A stretch of 64,000 nucleotides of DNA from Lytechinus pictus (GCF_037042905.1 NC_087251.1:42720001-42784000); one strand, 5' to 3'. Counted from the first letter of the stretch, positions 1 through 13,533 are shown. The notes: generated by a model not told the origin, from the letters alone. A program made the numbers and translations.

Positions 1-1017
1 AGGGACATGACGTATGTAGGATGAAACAAAACAATTTAGAGAGCTCTTGTATTGTATCACAAAACTCCCCTCTCTTTATATCTCGCCCACACACACACAC
101 ACTCTCTCTCTCTGTCTCTATAATTATTATGTGACCATTTGGTTATTTTCGTTGAAAGAAAATTTATGAACGTGAGGTTGGTCTATTGCATAAAGTCCTA
201 AACAAGGTATTCGTAATGCTACCGTTCATACTATTAATACATTTACTTTTGTCTGTTCTTCTCACCTAAGTACAAATGCTTTATACGACAGGGTTTACTA
301 TGTGGACTGATCAAGTATTGTTTAAAACTTAAAAAACTTTAAAAAAAACTTTAAAAAACGACAACATTATGTTATATCATGTATATTAAATAACTTAGCG
401 TATAGATAGGGAACTTGGGGCCACTCCAAATTTCCACTGCTAAGAAAGTAAACGAAAAAAAAAAAAACGGGAAAGAGAAAGAAAATGAAAGGAAAAGGAA
501 GAAATATGACACTAAGTTATGCACGTTATGTCGAAATCTATCACAAACCTTCCATTTCAAGAAGGTAAAACATTTTCGCTCGCTCGCTCGCAACTTTTGG
601 GGAATTTTGTCGCATATGCCGTGTTCCTTCAAATCAGTTGCTTATTTCCGAAATTATTGGTCCTCAGAGTAAAAAAAAAAAATAATAACCAGGCTATAGA
701 TCCTATTTATCATTTAATCTAAATTCTTGTCAGCTAATTTGCCACTGTTTGGAAAAGAGGGAAGAGAACGAATAAAGAGAGAACATAGAAAGAAGATCGG
801 AAAAGAAGATGAATGAAAGTATAGGCAAAGGAGAAAGAGAAAGGAGATAAGAAGAAAGTGTACATAAAATCCATTTCCCCATCACCTCTCCTCTCCTTTT
901 CTTTTTTTTCTCTTTCTTTATCCGTCCTATTTTTTCCCTCTTCTTCAACCCGACGGTGATTGTGATTTGTCTACATTCTTTTTTAGTAAGGTAGCCCCCT
1001 CCGTCCTTACCTTCCTC

Positions 1018-1548
1018 GCATACATTCGTAATTCCGAAGCTTCGTTATTCCGAAGGTTGGGATATTCCGATGGTTCGTATTTCCGAAGGTTCGTATTTCC
1101 GAAGGTTCGTTATTCCGAAGGTTCGTTAGTCCGAAAACGAAATGAGGTTCGTAATTCCGAAGGTTCGTTAGTCCGAAAACGAAGTGAGGTTCGTAATTCC
1201 GAAGGTTCGTTAATCCGAAAAAGAAATGAGGTTCGTAATTCCGAAGGTTCGTTAGTCCGAAAACTAAATGATTAACTAACCTTATTTCGTTTTCGGACTA
1301 ACGAACCTTCGGAACAACGAACCTTATTTCGTTTTCGGATTAACGAACCTTCGGAACAACAAACCTTATTTCGTTTTCGGATTAACGAACCTTCGGAAAA
1401 ACGAACCTTCGGAATAACGCCACAAATGTTCGGATTAACGAACCCTTTTACGTTTTCGGATTAACGAACATCGAGGTATCGGCAATTTACGTGTTTCGGA
1501 ATTACGAACCTTCGGAATAGAGAACCTTCGGAATTACGAAGTGTAACC
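1018..1548 (+). mobile_element. Foldback-type MITE built from TTCCGAAGGTTCG subrepeats (copy 1)
   Basis: Left half has TTCCGAAGGTTCG units and right half their reverse complement. Ends are GCATACATTCGTAATTCCGAAG ... CTTCGGAATTACGAAGTGTAACC. A second copy lies inverted at 4065-4613. Confidence 0.8.
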
Positions 1549-2058
1549 GTTTTTCTTGAGACATTATAGGAGAAACAATTCTCTGCCAATTTTTTACTTT
1601 TCTATTTTCGACATTCATATCCTTTGAAAATCGTTTTCATATACCCCGTGAAAACTAAACTTATTTCATTATTATTTTGACATGATGTCCCCTTCTGCAT
1701 TCATGAAAGATGAGCAACAAAAACGAAATTGTTAAAAGGTTATTCTATAATAAAATATTGTAGACTGGTCATCTTTCGATTAGACATATTATATAATAGC
1801 CTATTAAAGAAAATAGAATTTTGAGCTAATTTCTACCACACAAAATGATAATACATGTAATCGCCATAATATGTCGTAATATATTATCTGCTCAGTATCT
1901 TTTTCATTATTTTATAAAATTTGCCTGTAATATTATCGAAATGTAGTTAGTTAACGTCAACCCCCCCCCCCCCAAAAAAAAGGGGGTGATATCTAATATG
2001 CTTTATTGACTTTCTTAATGATAACAGTTGTGCGAAACCCGACCCGATCAGAATCGCG

Positions 2059-2351
2059 TGACGTCACAATATGTTGACAACATTTCTTTGACCTCATTTC
2101 GAGAATTACTATCTGTATTACGTATGATATGACTCACGAGGTTTTCTTCTTCTATTTTAGGGAGGGTGGAAATGCCAGGCACCGCGAGTTCAAAAACCAA
2201 TGTGTATACCAGGGAAAATTCCTTTCCACTTCCTGTCTGGGGGAAAACCCGCCGCACCGGTTTCGTTTCAAGACTAAACAATACAAAGTCTGTGCAAACG
2301 GTGCATTGATGATTGGCAAGGCGGAACATCAACATACATAACATGGTACGT
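2059..2351 (+). promoter_or_regulatory. Candidate inducible promoter/enhancer (CRE, AP-1, kB, ETS, ISRE, CCAAT) ending in ATG|gtacgt
   Basis: TGACGTCA 2059, TGACTCA 2130, CCAAT 2197, GGGAAAATTCC 2212, ACTTCCTGT 2228, GGGAAAACCC 2241, GGTTTCGTTTC 2259, ATTGG 2312; ATG 2343 directly followed by donor-like GTACGT. Confidence 0.4.
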
Positions 2352-2727
2352 ATATAGATGGCTGATTTTTAACAAAAAGAACGGGCTTTTTCATATTTTT
2401 TTTTTTACACCTAATACATAACTCACCTACCCCTAAGAATTCAGATTTTCCTTTTACTTGAAACTCAATTCGCAATGGATTCGCATAAATGTCATGAAAT
2501 CACGTTTACTATAGTATAGTCAGTTTTGTTTTCATATAAAGGATTAGGATTAGGATTAGTCTCAAGATGTGAGAGGCTCGAAAATAGGCGAAAATATTCG
2601 AATATCATGGCATTATACGTGGTAATGAGGGCTTCTCACATTCAAGTTCAGACTTGCACACATCAATTGCACATCTTGACACATTTCGATAATTTGCACA
2701 TATTTCACCATTTAAAATATGGCAAAG

Positions 2728-2915
2728 AATTATGATGCATTTTGGTAATTTTGGTAATTTACCAATAAATGTGCAATTACTGAACGTTTTTGATAATTTG
2801 CATATTTTGGGGGCGAGTGGCAGTATACGGCACAAAATGTGCAAATTACCAAAAATGTTCCGTTATTGCACATTTATTGGTAAGTTACCAAGATTACAAA
2901 AAATGCATCATAATT
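2728..2915. repeat. Imperfect palindrome (~80-bp arms), probable MITE remnant
   Basis: ATGATGCATTTTGGTAAT...AAATGTGCAAT...TTTGCATATTTTG is mirrored by CAAAATGTGCAAATT...ATTGCACATTT...AAAATGCATCAT. Confidence 0.55.
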
Positions 2916-3334
2916 ACAAGGCAATGGGAACGATTTTTTGGATGGGGGTGCTGGAATTTGACAAGCAAGAAAAAAGGGTTTGACTTCAAATTGAAGGCCG
3001 TTTTTGGTCCCAACGAATTTGACAAGCAAGACCCCCCCCCCCCCCAAAAAAAAAAAAGTTTCAACACAAATGTTATTTTCCATACATTTCTCCAAATTTA
3101 CACACCTATACCTTTATTCCAGGGGGTATTGCCTAGGGCCATGCATAATTATATCAGTGTTTGTGCGCGCGAAGCGAGTGAACCAAATTGCCATTAGCGG
3201 GGAGATTAAATGCTATGAGACACTGAAATTCCTCCAATTTGAATATATCATATTGCGAGCGAGCAAAGTGAACGAGCTTTCAAAAGTTGCTTTCAGTTGC
3301 TGGTTTGAAATAATGGAAACAATATTTATTTCAA

Positions 3335-3922
3335 AGGACAAGTCCACCCCAACAAAAAGTTGATTTGAATAAAAAAAGAAGAAAAATCCAACAAGCATAA
3401 CACTGAAAATTTCGTCAAAATCAGTTGTACAATAAGAAAGTTGTGCCATTTCAAAGTTTTGCTTAATTTCACAAAACAGTTATATGCACATCCTGTTCGA
3501 TATGCAAATGAGGGGACTGATGACATCATCCACTCACTGTTTCTTTTGTAATTTATTATATGAAATATAAAATATTCTATTTTTCCCTCATTATCAAGTG
3601 ATACGATTAATTCCTCCCTGAACCTGTGAAATTAGCATTGTTTAATACTATATGGTTCAGTCAAGTTGGTCGTTATTGTCAAATATGTAAAAATGAAATA
3701 TTGTATAAAACAAACGGAATGGTGAGTGAAGGACATCATCGACTGTCTCATTTGCATGTCACTGAGTTGTGCATATCACTGTTTTGTGAAAAATAAGCGA
3801 AACTTTAAAATGTCATTACTTTCTTATTTTACATCCGATTTTGATAAAACTTTCAGCGGTATGCTAGTTTGATTTTTCTCTATTTATTCAAATCAACATT
3901 TTTCTGGGGTGGACTTGAGCTT
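3335..3922. mobile_element. Kolobok-like non-autonomous MITE (AGGWCAAGTCCACCCC family)
   Basis: TIR AGGACAAGTCCACCCC ... GGGGTGGACTTGAGCT; right flank TTAA; palindromic body. Related copies at 17570, 32872, 48664 and 61215. Confidence 0.8.
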
Positions 3923-4064
3923 TTAAGATGAATTTAGAGGTCGCTTATCAATAACGATAAACAGTTGGTATATTATAATGAGCAAAATATGATGAAACAT
4001 TCGATAAACATTTCGCATGGTCAGAGTTGGGATGAGAATAGAAGAAAGTAGATATCGGGTGGCT

Positions 4065-4613
4065 GGTTACACTTCGTAATTCCGAAGGTTCGTAATTCCG
4101 AAGGTTCTTTATTCCGAAGCTTCGTAATTCCGAAACACGTAAATCGCCTATACCTCGATGTTCGTTAATCCGAAAACGTAAAAGGGTTCGTTAATCCGAA
4201 CATTTGTGGCGTTATTCCGAAGGTTCGTTTTTCCGAAGGTTCGATAATCTGAAAACGAAATAAGGTTCGATGTTCCGAAGGTTCGTTGATCCGAAAACTA
4301 AATAAGGTTCGTTGTTCCGAAGGTTCGTTTGTCCGAAAACGAAATAAGGATCGTTAATCATTTCGTTTTCTGACTAACGAACCTTCGGAATTATACGAAC
4401 CTCATTTCGTTTTTGGATTAACGAACCTTCGGAATTATGAACCTCATTTCGTTTTCGGACTAACGAACCTTCGGAATTACGAACCTTATTTCGTTTTCGG
4501 ATTAACGAACCTTCGGAATTACGAACCTTCGGAATTACGAACCTTCGGAAATACGAACCTTCGGAATAAGCGAACCTTCGAAATAACGAAGCTTCGGAAT
4601 TACGAATGTATGC
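4065..4613 (-). mobile_element. Foldback-type MITE of TTCCGAAGGTTCG subrepeats (copy 2, inverted)
   Basis: Reverse complement of 1018-1548, including the unique internal segment AAACACGTAAATCGCCTATACCTCGATG. Confidence 0.8.
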
Positions 4614-5059
4614 GCGGGTGATTTGAGAAAATTAATTTTAACGTATCAGAGTATGATATTATTTCGCAACAGATGAGAACAGATTAAGGAATGTTGAATG
4701 GGATATAGCGCCATTGAGGGGGATTGGTGATAGAAAAGTTCTATTAGTTTTTATGAGGATAAAATTGTATTGATTGCTTTCATGCAAATAAAAGAGAAAG
4801 TATAGATATTGTAAAAAAGAATAATCCTACAAAAAGTTTATAGAGTTGTTAACATTTTGTGACAAAAAGCATTAGAAATATATATTCCATAGGTTATTAC
4901 AAGTTTTGAGTGAAACGGATTATTGGGCGATATGTTTATCCAAAATATTCCAATTGTATTGATTCGCTATAATTATCAGAAATTCATTATATACCATTTA
5001 CATAAACATGATAAAGCATGGGTGTGGTTTATCGAACCGTGGACATCATATTTTCAATT

Positions 5060-5427
5060 GGTCTAATGCCAGTTCGTTCAATTACCAACTCGTCTACTAT
5101 CATTTGGTCTACCATCAGTTCCTCTACTCTCCACGTGGTCTAATTGCTATTTCGCCCACTCACAATTTCGTCCAATAACCAGTTGGTCCAAGGATTTAGT
5201 CCATATACCATTTAGTCCAATTGAAAAAGATGGGTATTAGACCAACTGGTTATCAGACGAAATGATCGTAGACGAACTGGTGATTAGACGAAGTGATTAT
5301 TGGACCAAATGGTTATTGGACAAAACAGTTGTTAGACGAAATGTTGAAGGACAGAATGGCTTTAGACTATGATGGTAGGTCATGTAATGAGTGGACGAGT
5401 TGGCAATAGACGAATTGGCAATTTACT
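5060..5427. mobile_element. MITE of short (~18-20 bp) inverted subrepeats
   Basis: Left end ...TGCCAGTTCGTTCAATTACCAACTCGTCTAC mirrors right end GTGGACGAGTTGGCAATAGACGAATTGGCA. Internal GTCTA/TAGAC units switch orientation near 5230. Confidence 0.65.
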
Positions 5428-5702
5428 GTTAAAACCATCGCGTCCTCCCCAAAGGTGTAGAACGGACTATCCCCCCCCCCCCCAACCACCACCACCACCA
5501 TTACGCCATCGGGTGTGTAGATTATTACGATCAAAGATTTGTTTAATGTAAATTACTACAAAGAGTATTTAGACTGAAAATAATCCATTCAAAATCATCA
5601 TTTAACCGAGAGGAGAGTCAACATCAGTTGCATAAATTTAGTATAATAGCATGAATAGGGGAATCAAGAGGGGGTAATACTTTACTATGAAAGGGGGGGG
5701 GG

Positions 5703-8700
5703 TGTTACACCCACAAATGTAATAATCGCCCACAAATGTAATAACGCCCACAAATGTAATAACACTTTACCCACAAATGTAATAACGCCCACAAATGTAA
5801 TAACACTTTACCCACAAATGTAATAATTTCACCCACAAATGTAATAATGCACTTTACCCACAAATGTAATAATTTTTGATCGCCCACAAATGTAATAATG
5901 ACTTTACCCACAAATGTAATAAATTTGAAGGGATTTTTGGCGAATCCGTTCTAAACTAAAATCCTATAGTAATACGTTCATATAGCACAAAAGTGCAAAG
6001 TCTTTTTTCCAGACCCGGTTAATTCCAAAATTATAATATAAGTCCAAAGTCTTTTTCCAGACCCGGTTGTTTCAAAAATTATAATAAAGTCCAAAGTCTT
6101 TTTTCCAGACCCGGTTGTTTCAAAAATTATAATAAAAGAAGTCCAAAGTCTTTTTACCAGACCCGGTTATTAAAAAAGTTATAATATAAGTCCAAACTAA
6201 GATACGATAATGATATTCCAGTGGAATAAAAATGAGAATCGAGCTTAGTCTTTTCTCCAGACCCAGTTAATTAAAACTGGTGGAATAAATGTCTTTGTTG
6301 TTATTTTAACTTATACTGCGCGTATTGTAAACATATGCGCTAAGAGTAAAGTGAAAATCAAGCATAGTCTTTTCTCCAGACCCGGTAGCTAGAAACTAAA
6401 TCCCTATAGTAATGCGTTCATATAGCACAAAAGTGCAAAGTCTTTTTTTCAGACCCGGTTAATTCAAAAATTATAATATAAGTCCAAAGTCTTTTTTCCA
6501 GACCCGGTTGTTTAAAAATCATAATATAAGTCCAAAGTCTTATTTCCAGACCCGGTTGTTTCAAAAATTATAATATAAGTCCAAACTAAGATTCGATAAT
6601 GATATTCCAGTGGAATAAAATTAAGAATCGAGCTTAGTCTTTTCTCCAGACCCAGTTAATTAAAACTGGTGGAATAAATGTCTTTGTATATATATATATA
6701 TATATATATATGCGCTAAGAGTAAATTGAGAATCAAGCATAGTCTTTTCTCCAGACCCGGTTACTTAAAACTAAAAACTAAAACCCTTTACGCACAAATG
6801 TAATAATTTCACCCACAAATGTAATAATGCACTCTACCCACAAATGTAATAATTTTTGATCGCCCACAAATGTAATAATGACTTTACCCACAAATGTTAT
6901 AAATTTGAAGGGATTTTTGGCGAATCTGTTTTAAACTGAAACCCTATAGTAATGCGTTCATATAGCGCAAAGTCAGTCTTTTTTCCCCAGACCTGGTTAT
7001 ATAAAACATTTAAACAATCTTCCAAATAAAGATCCCAAAATCAATTCTTCTTAATGTTGAATAACATAGAAGTTTAGCGTAGTCTTTCCTCCAGACCCAA
7101 ATATTTCAAATAGCAAATAAAATAATAAAAAATAATAATTATTAAAAAAAACAAAGACCCCACGATCTTGTTAATGTTGAACAAAATGTAAATATAGCAT
7201 AGTCTTTCCTCCACACCCAGTTATAAAATAATCATTCAAAAACAAAACAACAACAACCGAAAACAGACGCCGCAATCTTTTCAACATTGAATAGCATCGA
7301 AATATGGTGTAGTCTTTGTTCCAACCCCGGTTATTTCAAAATAGCAAATCATAGAACAATATTAACAAAGACCCCAAAATCTCATTGATGTTGAATAACT
7401 TTAAAATATAACCTAGTCTCTCTTCATGACCCAGTTATTTTTAAATAACAAATCATAAAAAGATATATAATAATAATAAAACAAAGGCCCCACAATTTTA
7501 TTGATGTTGAATAACATGGAAATATAGCGTAGTCTTCCCTCCAGACCCACTTATTTCAAAATTACAAATCATTTTTAAAGAGTCAACAAGTAACAAAGAC
7601 CCCCAATACCTTATGAATTTTAAATAACATGGAAATATAGCGTCGTCTTTCATCCAGACCCATATCTTTCAAATAACAAATGATGAATAATAATAATAGA
7701 TTAATAATAATAAAAAAACAAACAAATTAGGCCCACGATCCTATTTATGTTGAATAACATGGAAATATAGCGTAGTCTTTCCTCCAGACCCAGCTATAAA
7801 ATTCATTAAAAACACAACAACAAAACAAACACCCTGCAATCTTATCAACATTGAATAGCATGGAAATATGGTGTAGTCTTTGCTCCAGACCCAGTTATTT
7901 CAAAATAGGAAATTATAAGAAACAATAAAAACAAACAATATTAACAAAGACCTCACAATATCATTGATGTAGAATAACGTTGTGGTTGTTGTTGTTGTTG
8001 TTATCTTGGGTTTTAAGGCGCGTATCATTCAGATATGAATATTTACGCCTATGATTAATTTGTCTTTTTTGTGGTATGTGTTATCACAGGGTTTTTTTTA
8101 TAGTTTGGAAGATGCTGGGGTCTAAGTTTTAAGATTAATATTTCGCTTAATTTGTATTTTTAAGAGAACTGGGTGTGGGGTAAAGACAACACTCTAAACC
8201 CAAGCATTTTAACTGGGTTTAATTTTGAAGATTGGTCTTAGCTTTGATTTTTTTTCAATATTTGTTTATCGTTTAAATAACCGGGTCTAGATGAAAGACT
8301 AAGCATAATACTCGTGTTATTCCACAAGAATAAGGATATGACAAAGTATTATGTTTTTAAGATTGTTTAAATTATTTTATAAATGACTGGTTCTGGAATA
8401 AAGACAACGCCCTAAACATGTCTTTTTCCACATGGTCTTAATTTGGAGGATTGTTGGTTCTTAGATTCGTTGTTGGGGGTTGGGTTTTATTGCTTTTTTA
8501 TTCTTGAAATAAGTGTGTCTGGAGGAAAGTCTACAATCGATCTTCATGTTATTCAAACAGTTATTAGATTATTGGGTATTCGTTTTAGAATATTTGTAAA
8601 AACTATTTCATTTTTTCAAATAATAACCAAGTCTGGAGAAAGGATGTTTGCTTTACCCATGCATTATTATAATGTTTTGTAGGGGTCTTAGTATTATAAA

Positions 8701-10526
8701 GACATATTTTTTTACTGGGTTAACTTTTGAAGATTGGTCTTAGCTTTGAAGTTTTTTAATTTCATTTTTTAAATAACCGGGTCTGGAGGAAAGAGTACAT
8801 TTTAAAACTTGTGTTATTTCACAAGAATAAGAATATGATAAGGTCTTACGTTAGAAGATTTGTTTTCGTAATTTTTTTAATGATTAGGTCTGGAATAAAG
8901 ACAACGCTCGAAACCTCTTTTTAAAACAGGTTCTTAGGTTGAAGGATTGTTTGGTCTTAGATTTTGAGTTTTTTTAATTAATATTATTAGCGTTATTTTG
9001 AGAAAAAAAATTACTGGGTCTGGCTGAAAGACTACGCTAATGGGGTCTTTATACTGTTTTTGTTGTTGTATTGTTATATTTATAATTTTGGAATAACAGG
9101 GTTTGGAGAAAAGACTAAGCTCGATTTTCATTTTTATTCCACTGGAATATCATTATGGTATTTTATTTTGGACTAAATAACCGGGTCTTGAAAAAAGCTT
9201 TTTTAATTATATTATAATTTTCGAAATAAACAGGGTCTGGAAAAAAGTCTTTAGGCTTATATTATGATTTTTGAAACTACCGGGTCTGGAAAAAAGACTT
9301 TGGACTTATATTGTAATATTTGAATTAACCGGGTCTGGAAAAAAGACTTTGCACTTTTGTGCTATATGAATGCATTACTATAGGGTTTAAGTTTTATTTT
9401 TAAATATCTGGGTCTGGAGAAAAGACTACGCTTGATTCTCAATTTACTCTTAGCGCATATATTCTCAATTTGCGCCGTATAAGTTAAAACAACAACAAAG
9501 ACATCAATTCCACCAGTTTTAATTAACCGGGTCTGGAGAAAAGACTAAACTCAATTTTCATTTTTATTCCACTGGAATATCATTATCGTATCTTAGTTTG
9601 GACTTATATTATAATTTTTGAAATAACCGGGTCTGGAAAAAAGACTTTGCACTTTTGTGCTATATGAATGCATTACTATAGGGTTTTAGTTTTTAGTTTT
9701 AAATAATAGGGGTCTGGAGAAAAGACTACACTTGATTCTCAATTTACTCTTAAAGCATATATTCTCAATACGCGCCGTATAAGTTAAAACAACAACAAAG
9801 ACATCAATTCCAACAGTTTTAATTAACTGGGTCTGGAGAAAAGACTAAACTCGATTTTCATTTTTATTCCTCTGGAATATCATTATCGTACTTATATTAT
9901 AATTTTTTTAATAACCGGGTCTGGAAAAAAAGACTTTGGACTTATATTGTAATTTTGGAAACAACCGGGTCTGGAAAAAAAGACTTTGGACTTATATTAT
10001 AATTTTTGAAACAACAGGGTCTGGAAAAAAGACTTTGGACTTATATTACAATTTTGGAATTAACCGGGTCTGGAAAAAAGACTTTGCACTTATATTATGA
10101 TTTTTGAAACAACCGGGTCTGGAAAAAAAGACTTTGGACTTAAATTATAATTTTTGAAACAACAGGGTCTGGAAAACAGACTTTGGACTTATATTACAAT
10201 TTTGGAATTAACCGGGTCTGGAAAAAAGACTTTGCACTTTTGTGCTATATGAACGTATTTTATATTTTAGAACGTATTTTATAGGATTTTAGTTTAGAAC
10301 GGATTCGCCAAAAATCCCTTCAAATTTATTACATTTGTGGGTAAAGTCATTATTACATTTGTGGGCGATCAAAAATTATTACATTTGTGGGTAAAGTGCA
10401 TTATTACATTTGTGGGTGAAATTATTACATTTGTGGGTAAAGTGTTATTACATTTGTGGGCGTTATTACATTTGTGGGTAAAGTGTTATTACATTTGTGG
10501 GCGTTATTACATTTGTGGGTGCAACA
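5703..10526. mobile_element. 4.8-kb non-autonomous foldback DNA transposon with TGT...ACA ends
   Basis: Ends TGTTACACCCACAAATGTAAT / ATTACATTTGTGGGTGCAACA, inserted in a G run. Outer tandem CCCACAAATGTAATAA units; inner AGTCTTT..TCCAGACCCRGTT units, forward in the left arm and reversed in the right arm. No coding ORF. Confidence 0.85.
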
Positions 10527-11943
10527 GGGGGGGAATGCAAATCTTGGATGCCCTTTGTGCCACTGGACCCTCACCTGCATGGGGTAATCTATATATGTCC
10601 ACACCAGAGAAGTGTTAAACAACACCATTTTCCTTTTGGTCTAACACCAGATAGGTGTTTATACTACACCAAATAGTATCGGTTTGATTCCAAACTGGTG
10701 TGGTTTCAATACTTCTCTGCTGGTGTGGACATATATAGATTCCGGGCTGGTGTTAAATCAACACCGGAGTTTTTGCAGTGTATCAGCTAATAAAAGCTGT
10801 TTATCAGCGAGGCCGTGAACAATGCAAAAGTATACAAAATGAATTTACAAAAATAAAAACGAAAACATAACACATAAAACATGAAAAAAATAATGAAAAT
10901 TAATCAAATCAAAACTGAAATTAACAATAATGCAACAGTTAAGGAACGAAATAAATCACAAATTAAAGCTCAAATTAAAAAGAAAAAAGAAAAAAATGTG
11001 GGTATAAAAATAAATCAATCTATATACTGTGGTTGGTGGGAGGGGGGGGGGGGTATAATGTTGACTTTTATTATCGGGTGGATGTGGGAATGTTACCAAA
11101 CCTTTGAGAAACTGAGTAATGAGGACTGTTTCTGAAATAATTTACCTCAACTATTAGACAGTGATGAAATCAAATTGTCTAAAAAAAATCACAGGCATTA
11201 TTTTATACTCTGTATTGATATTTTCTCTGTTTCATTTTTTTCAAATTTGCTTTATTTATAAATAATTACAATAACATTTGCAAATGAAACTTATATAAAC
11301 AATGTATGATATTTTTCATGAGTAAAACAAATTATACTATAAAAGAAAATTATCATTCTTATTGTAAAGATCAAAATTATAATTCACATTGGAAAGATTC
11401 ATAGGTCCACCATGTCCACAGCGTGTCTACATGTACACGTGGAATTTAAGATGAATTTCATTTTATTTCTATCACAAAAAATAACTCAACTACAAATCAA
11501 ATATAATTGCAAATCAAGCAGTCAGGTACAGATCAATTAATGAGAATTGTACAATAGCCTATTTTTTTATAACAAAAGCTAGTACAAACTAATTTCAAAT
11601 GTGTATGGAAATGAGGGGGTCCACTAAACAGCACTGCTTATAGAGCGTGTATCCCCTGGTATATCAAAGATAATTATAAATTGACGAAATTTGAGGATTC
11701 ATTCACAATCATGTTCAGATATAGGCCTACGACATAATAAAAATTCGGAATATAGAATATGAAAAAGTAGAATGAGAGGAGTAAAATTGCTTTGTAAACA
11801 AAGGATGGTTTTGTTTAATAATAGACCACTCTTGAGCTATCTTCATCGTTATCAAAGGGGGTTATCCCTAATTGCTGTATACGTAGGGTGAAAAGTGGGA
11901 CGTTTTAGCGACTGCCCAAACGCTTTTCATCTTTATCTTACAG

Positions 11944-11998
11944 ATTGAAATTTTTGAACGTGTGGCACTCGCGAAGAGAACTTGAGAGTGCTGATGGG
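11944..11998 (+). other. Orphan candidate exon
   Basis: Polypyrimidine acceptor TTTTCATCTTTATCTTACAG and donor G|GTAAGC; one frame reads LKFLNVWHSRRELESADG. Parent transcript not identified. Confidence 0.25.
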
Positions 11999-13057
11999 GT
12001 AAGCCCACCGTGTCGACATTCAGGTGTTTTCTTTCAATTGTGAAATGTACTCCTAAAAACTATTGAAGTGTCATTGAGTGAAAAGGGAAGTATCTCAGAT
12101 TCATGGATATTATGGTAATGTGTTTTGCAGTATGGATTATTGAAAATCAAGTATGCCTATGTTTAATATAAAGTGGTTCATTCTGCCAAGTAGACAAGTA
12201 GGGGACAATTTTTCTTCTAAAATTCTGTAACAAAAAAAAAAACCTCAACATATTGGGGAAAATGTCGTCACATTGTCCTATTGTATTTTCCACTGGATAA
12301 CAGGGGTAAATCATGTAAATTCTGTTAACTGTATTTTGATTGGAATTAGATGTCTTTTGATTGATACTCACGTTATTATTCCTATCCTTTTTTACCTATG
12401 TTTTTTTTTTCGGGAGGGGGTATTCCTTTTTGTGCTTTTGGTTCATTCTTAATTTTTAGTTAATTTCTTGAAAATTTCCGGGTTTACAACATTTGGGATT
12501 TAATTATGTAAAATTTTGTAAAAATTGAACTCAATGTTGTGAGAATTTTCAAATTTATGTAAAGGTAAATGAATAAGATCTGAAATAGAAGTTGATATCT
12601 GATCTGAATTCGGAGAAATACATATTGGTTAGCCCCCAGAAATTTAGTTCCCGTGATTTCTATAACGCTTATTAAGTACTCTGGGCAAGAAAATCCCGGA
12701 TTTCCTAAACCTATTAAGAGGTTTTTCTTTTTTCAATGTTTCAAGGATTATTGCATCGATTCCTGTCCCCCTAACATCAGATTTAAACCAAAAATAGTAT
12801 TTTAAAAGAGAAATAGAAAGTTTTATAGAGTAACCTAAAACCATTGGATTGACATTACGAGTGCGCACTTTCACATTACCGCTGGTGTCATAGCAGTTGA
12901 CGTGGTTCAGGGGAAACCACAATATACTTTTGCAACCGCGTAGTTTATGGGAAAAGGATAATAGGTTGCTTTAGAGTTCAAGTATATCGAATATGATTGC
13001 AAGGAGACTGATCAATGAGGAAAGTCGGGAGGTATAGGCGTATTACTGGTAGTGATC

Positions 13058-13096
<39 letters not shown>

Positions 13097-13533
13097 AATA
13101 ATGATGATGATGACACCCGTGATGACAGTGGTGGTGATGGTGGTGAATGGTGATGGTGGCGTTGGTGTTGGTAATGATAATGATGATGATGATGGTGGTG
13201 GGGATCATAGTGATGGTGATGATGATTGAAGATGATGATGATGGTGATGATGATGATGATGATGATGACAGTGGTGACGGTGGTGGTGGTGGTGGTGAAT
13301 GGAGATGGTGGCGTTGGTGTTGGTAATGATGATGATGATGATGATGATAGTGATGATGATGATGATTATGATGATGATGATGATAGTGATGATGATGATG
13401 ATGACAGTGGTGACGGTGGTGGTGGTGGTGGTGGTGGTGAATGGTGATGGTGGCGTTGGTAGCGTTGTGGATGTGATGATGATGATGATGATGATAGGGA
13501 TGATGATGATGATGATGAAGATGTTGAAGATGT

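Noticed and set aside
967..1275. ORF with repeated RNSEGSLVRK
   Set aside because: Translation of MITE subrepeats; the same applies to ORFs 5705-5911 and 10337-10618.
5990..10230. CRISPR-like array of conserved motif plus spacers
   Set aside because: Spacers are homologous to each other, orientation flips at the centre, no cas genes are present, and the context is eukaryotic. These are transposon subterminal repeats.
12147..12922. Minus-strand ORFs as a decayed viral or transposon gene
   Set aside because: No motif I can recognise; would need tBLASTx.
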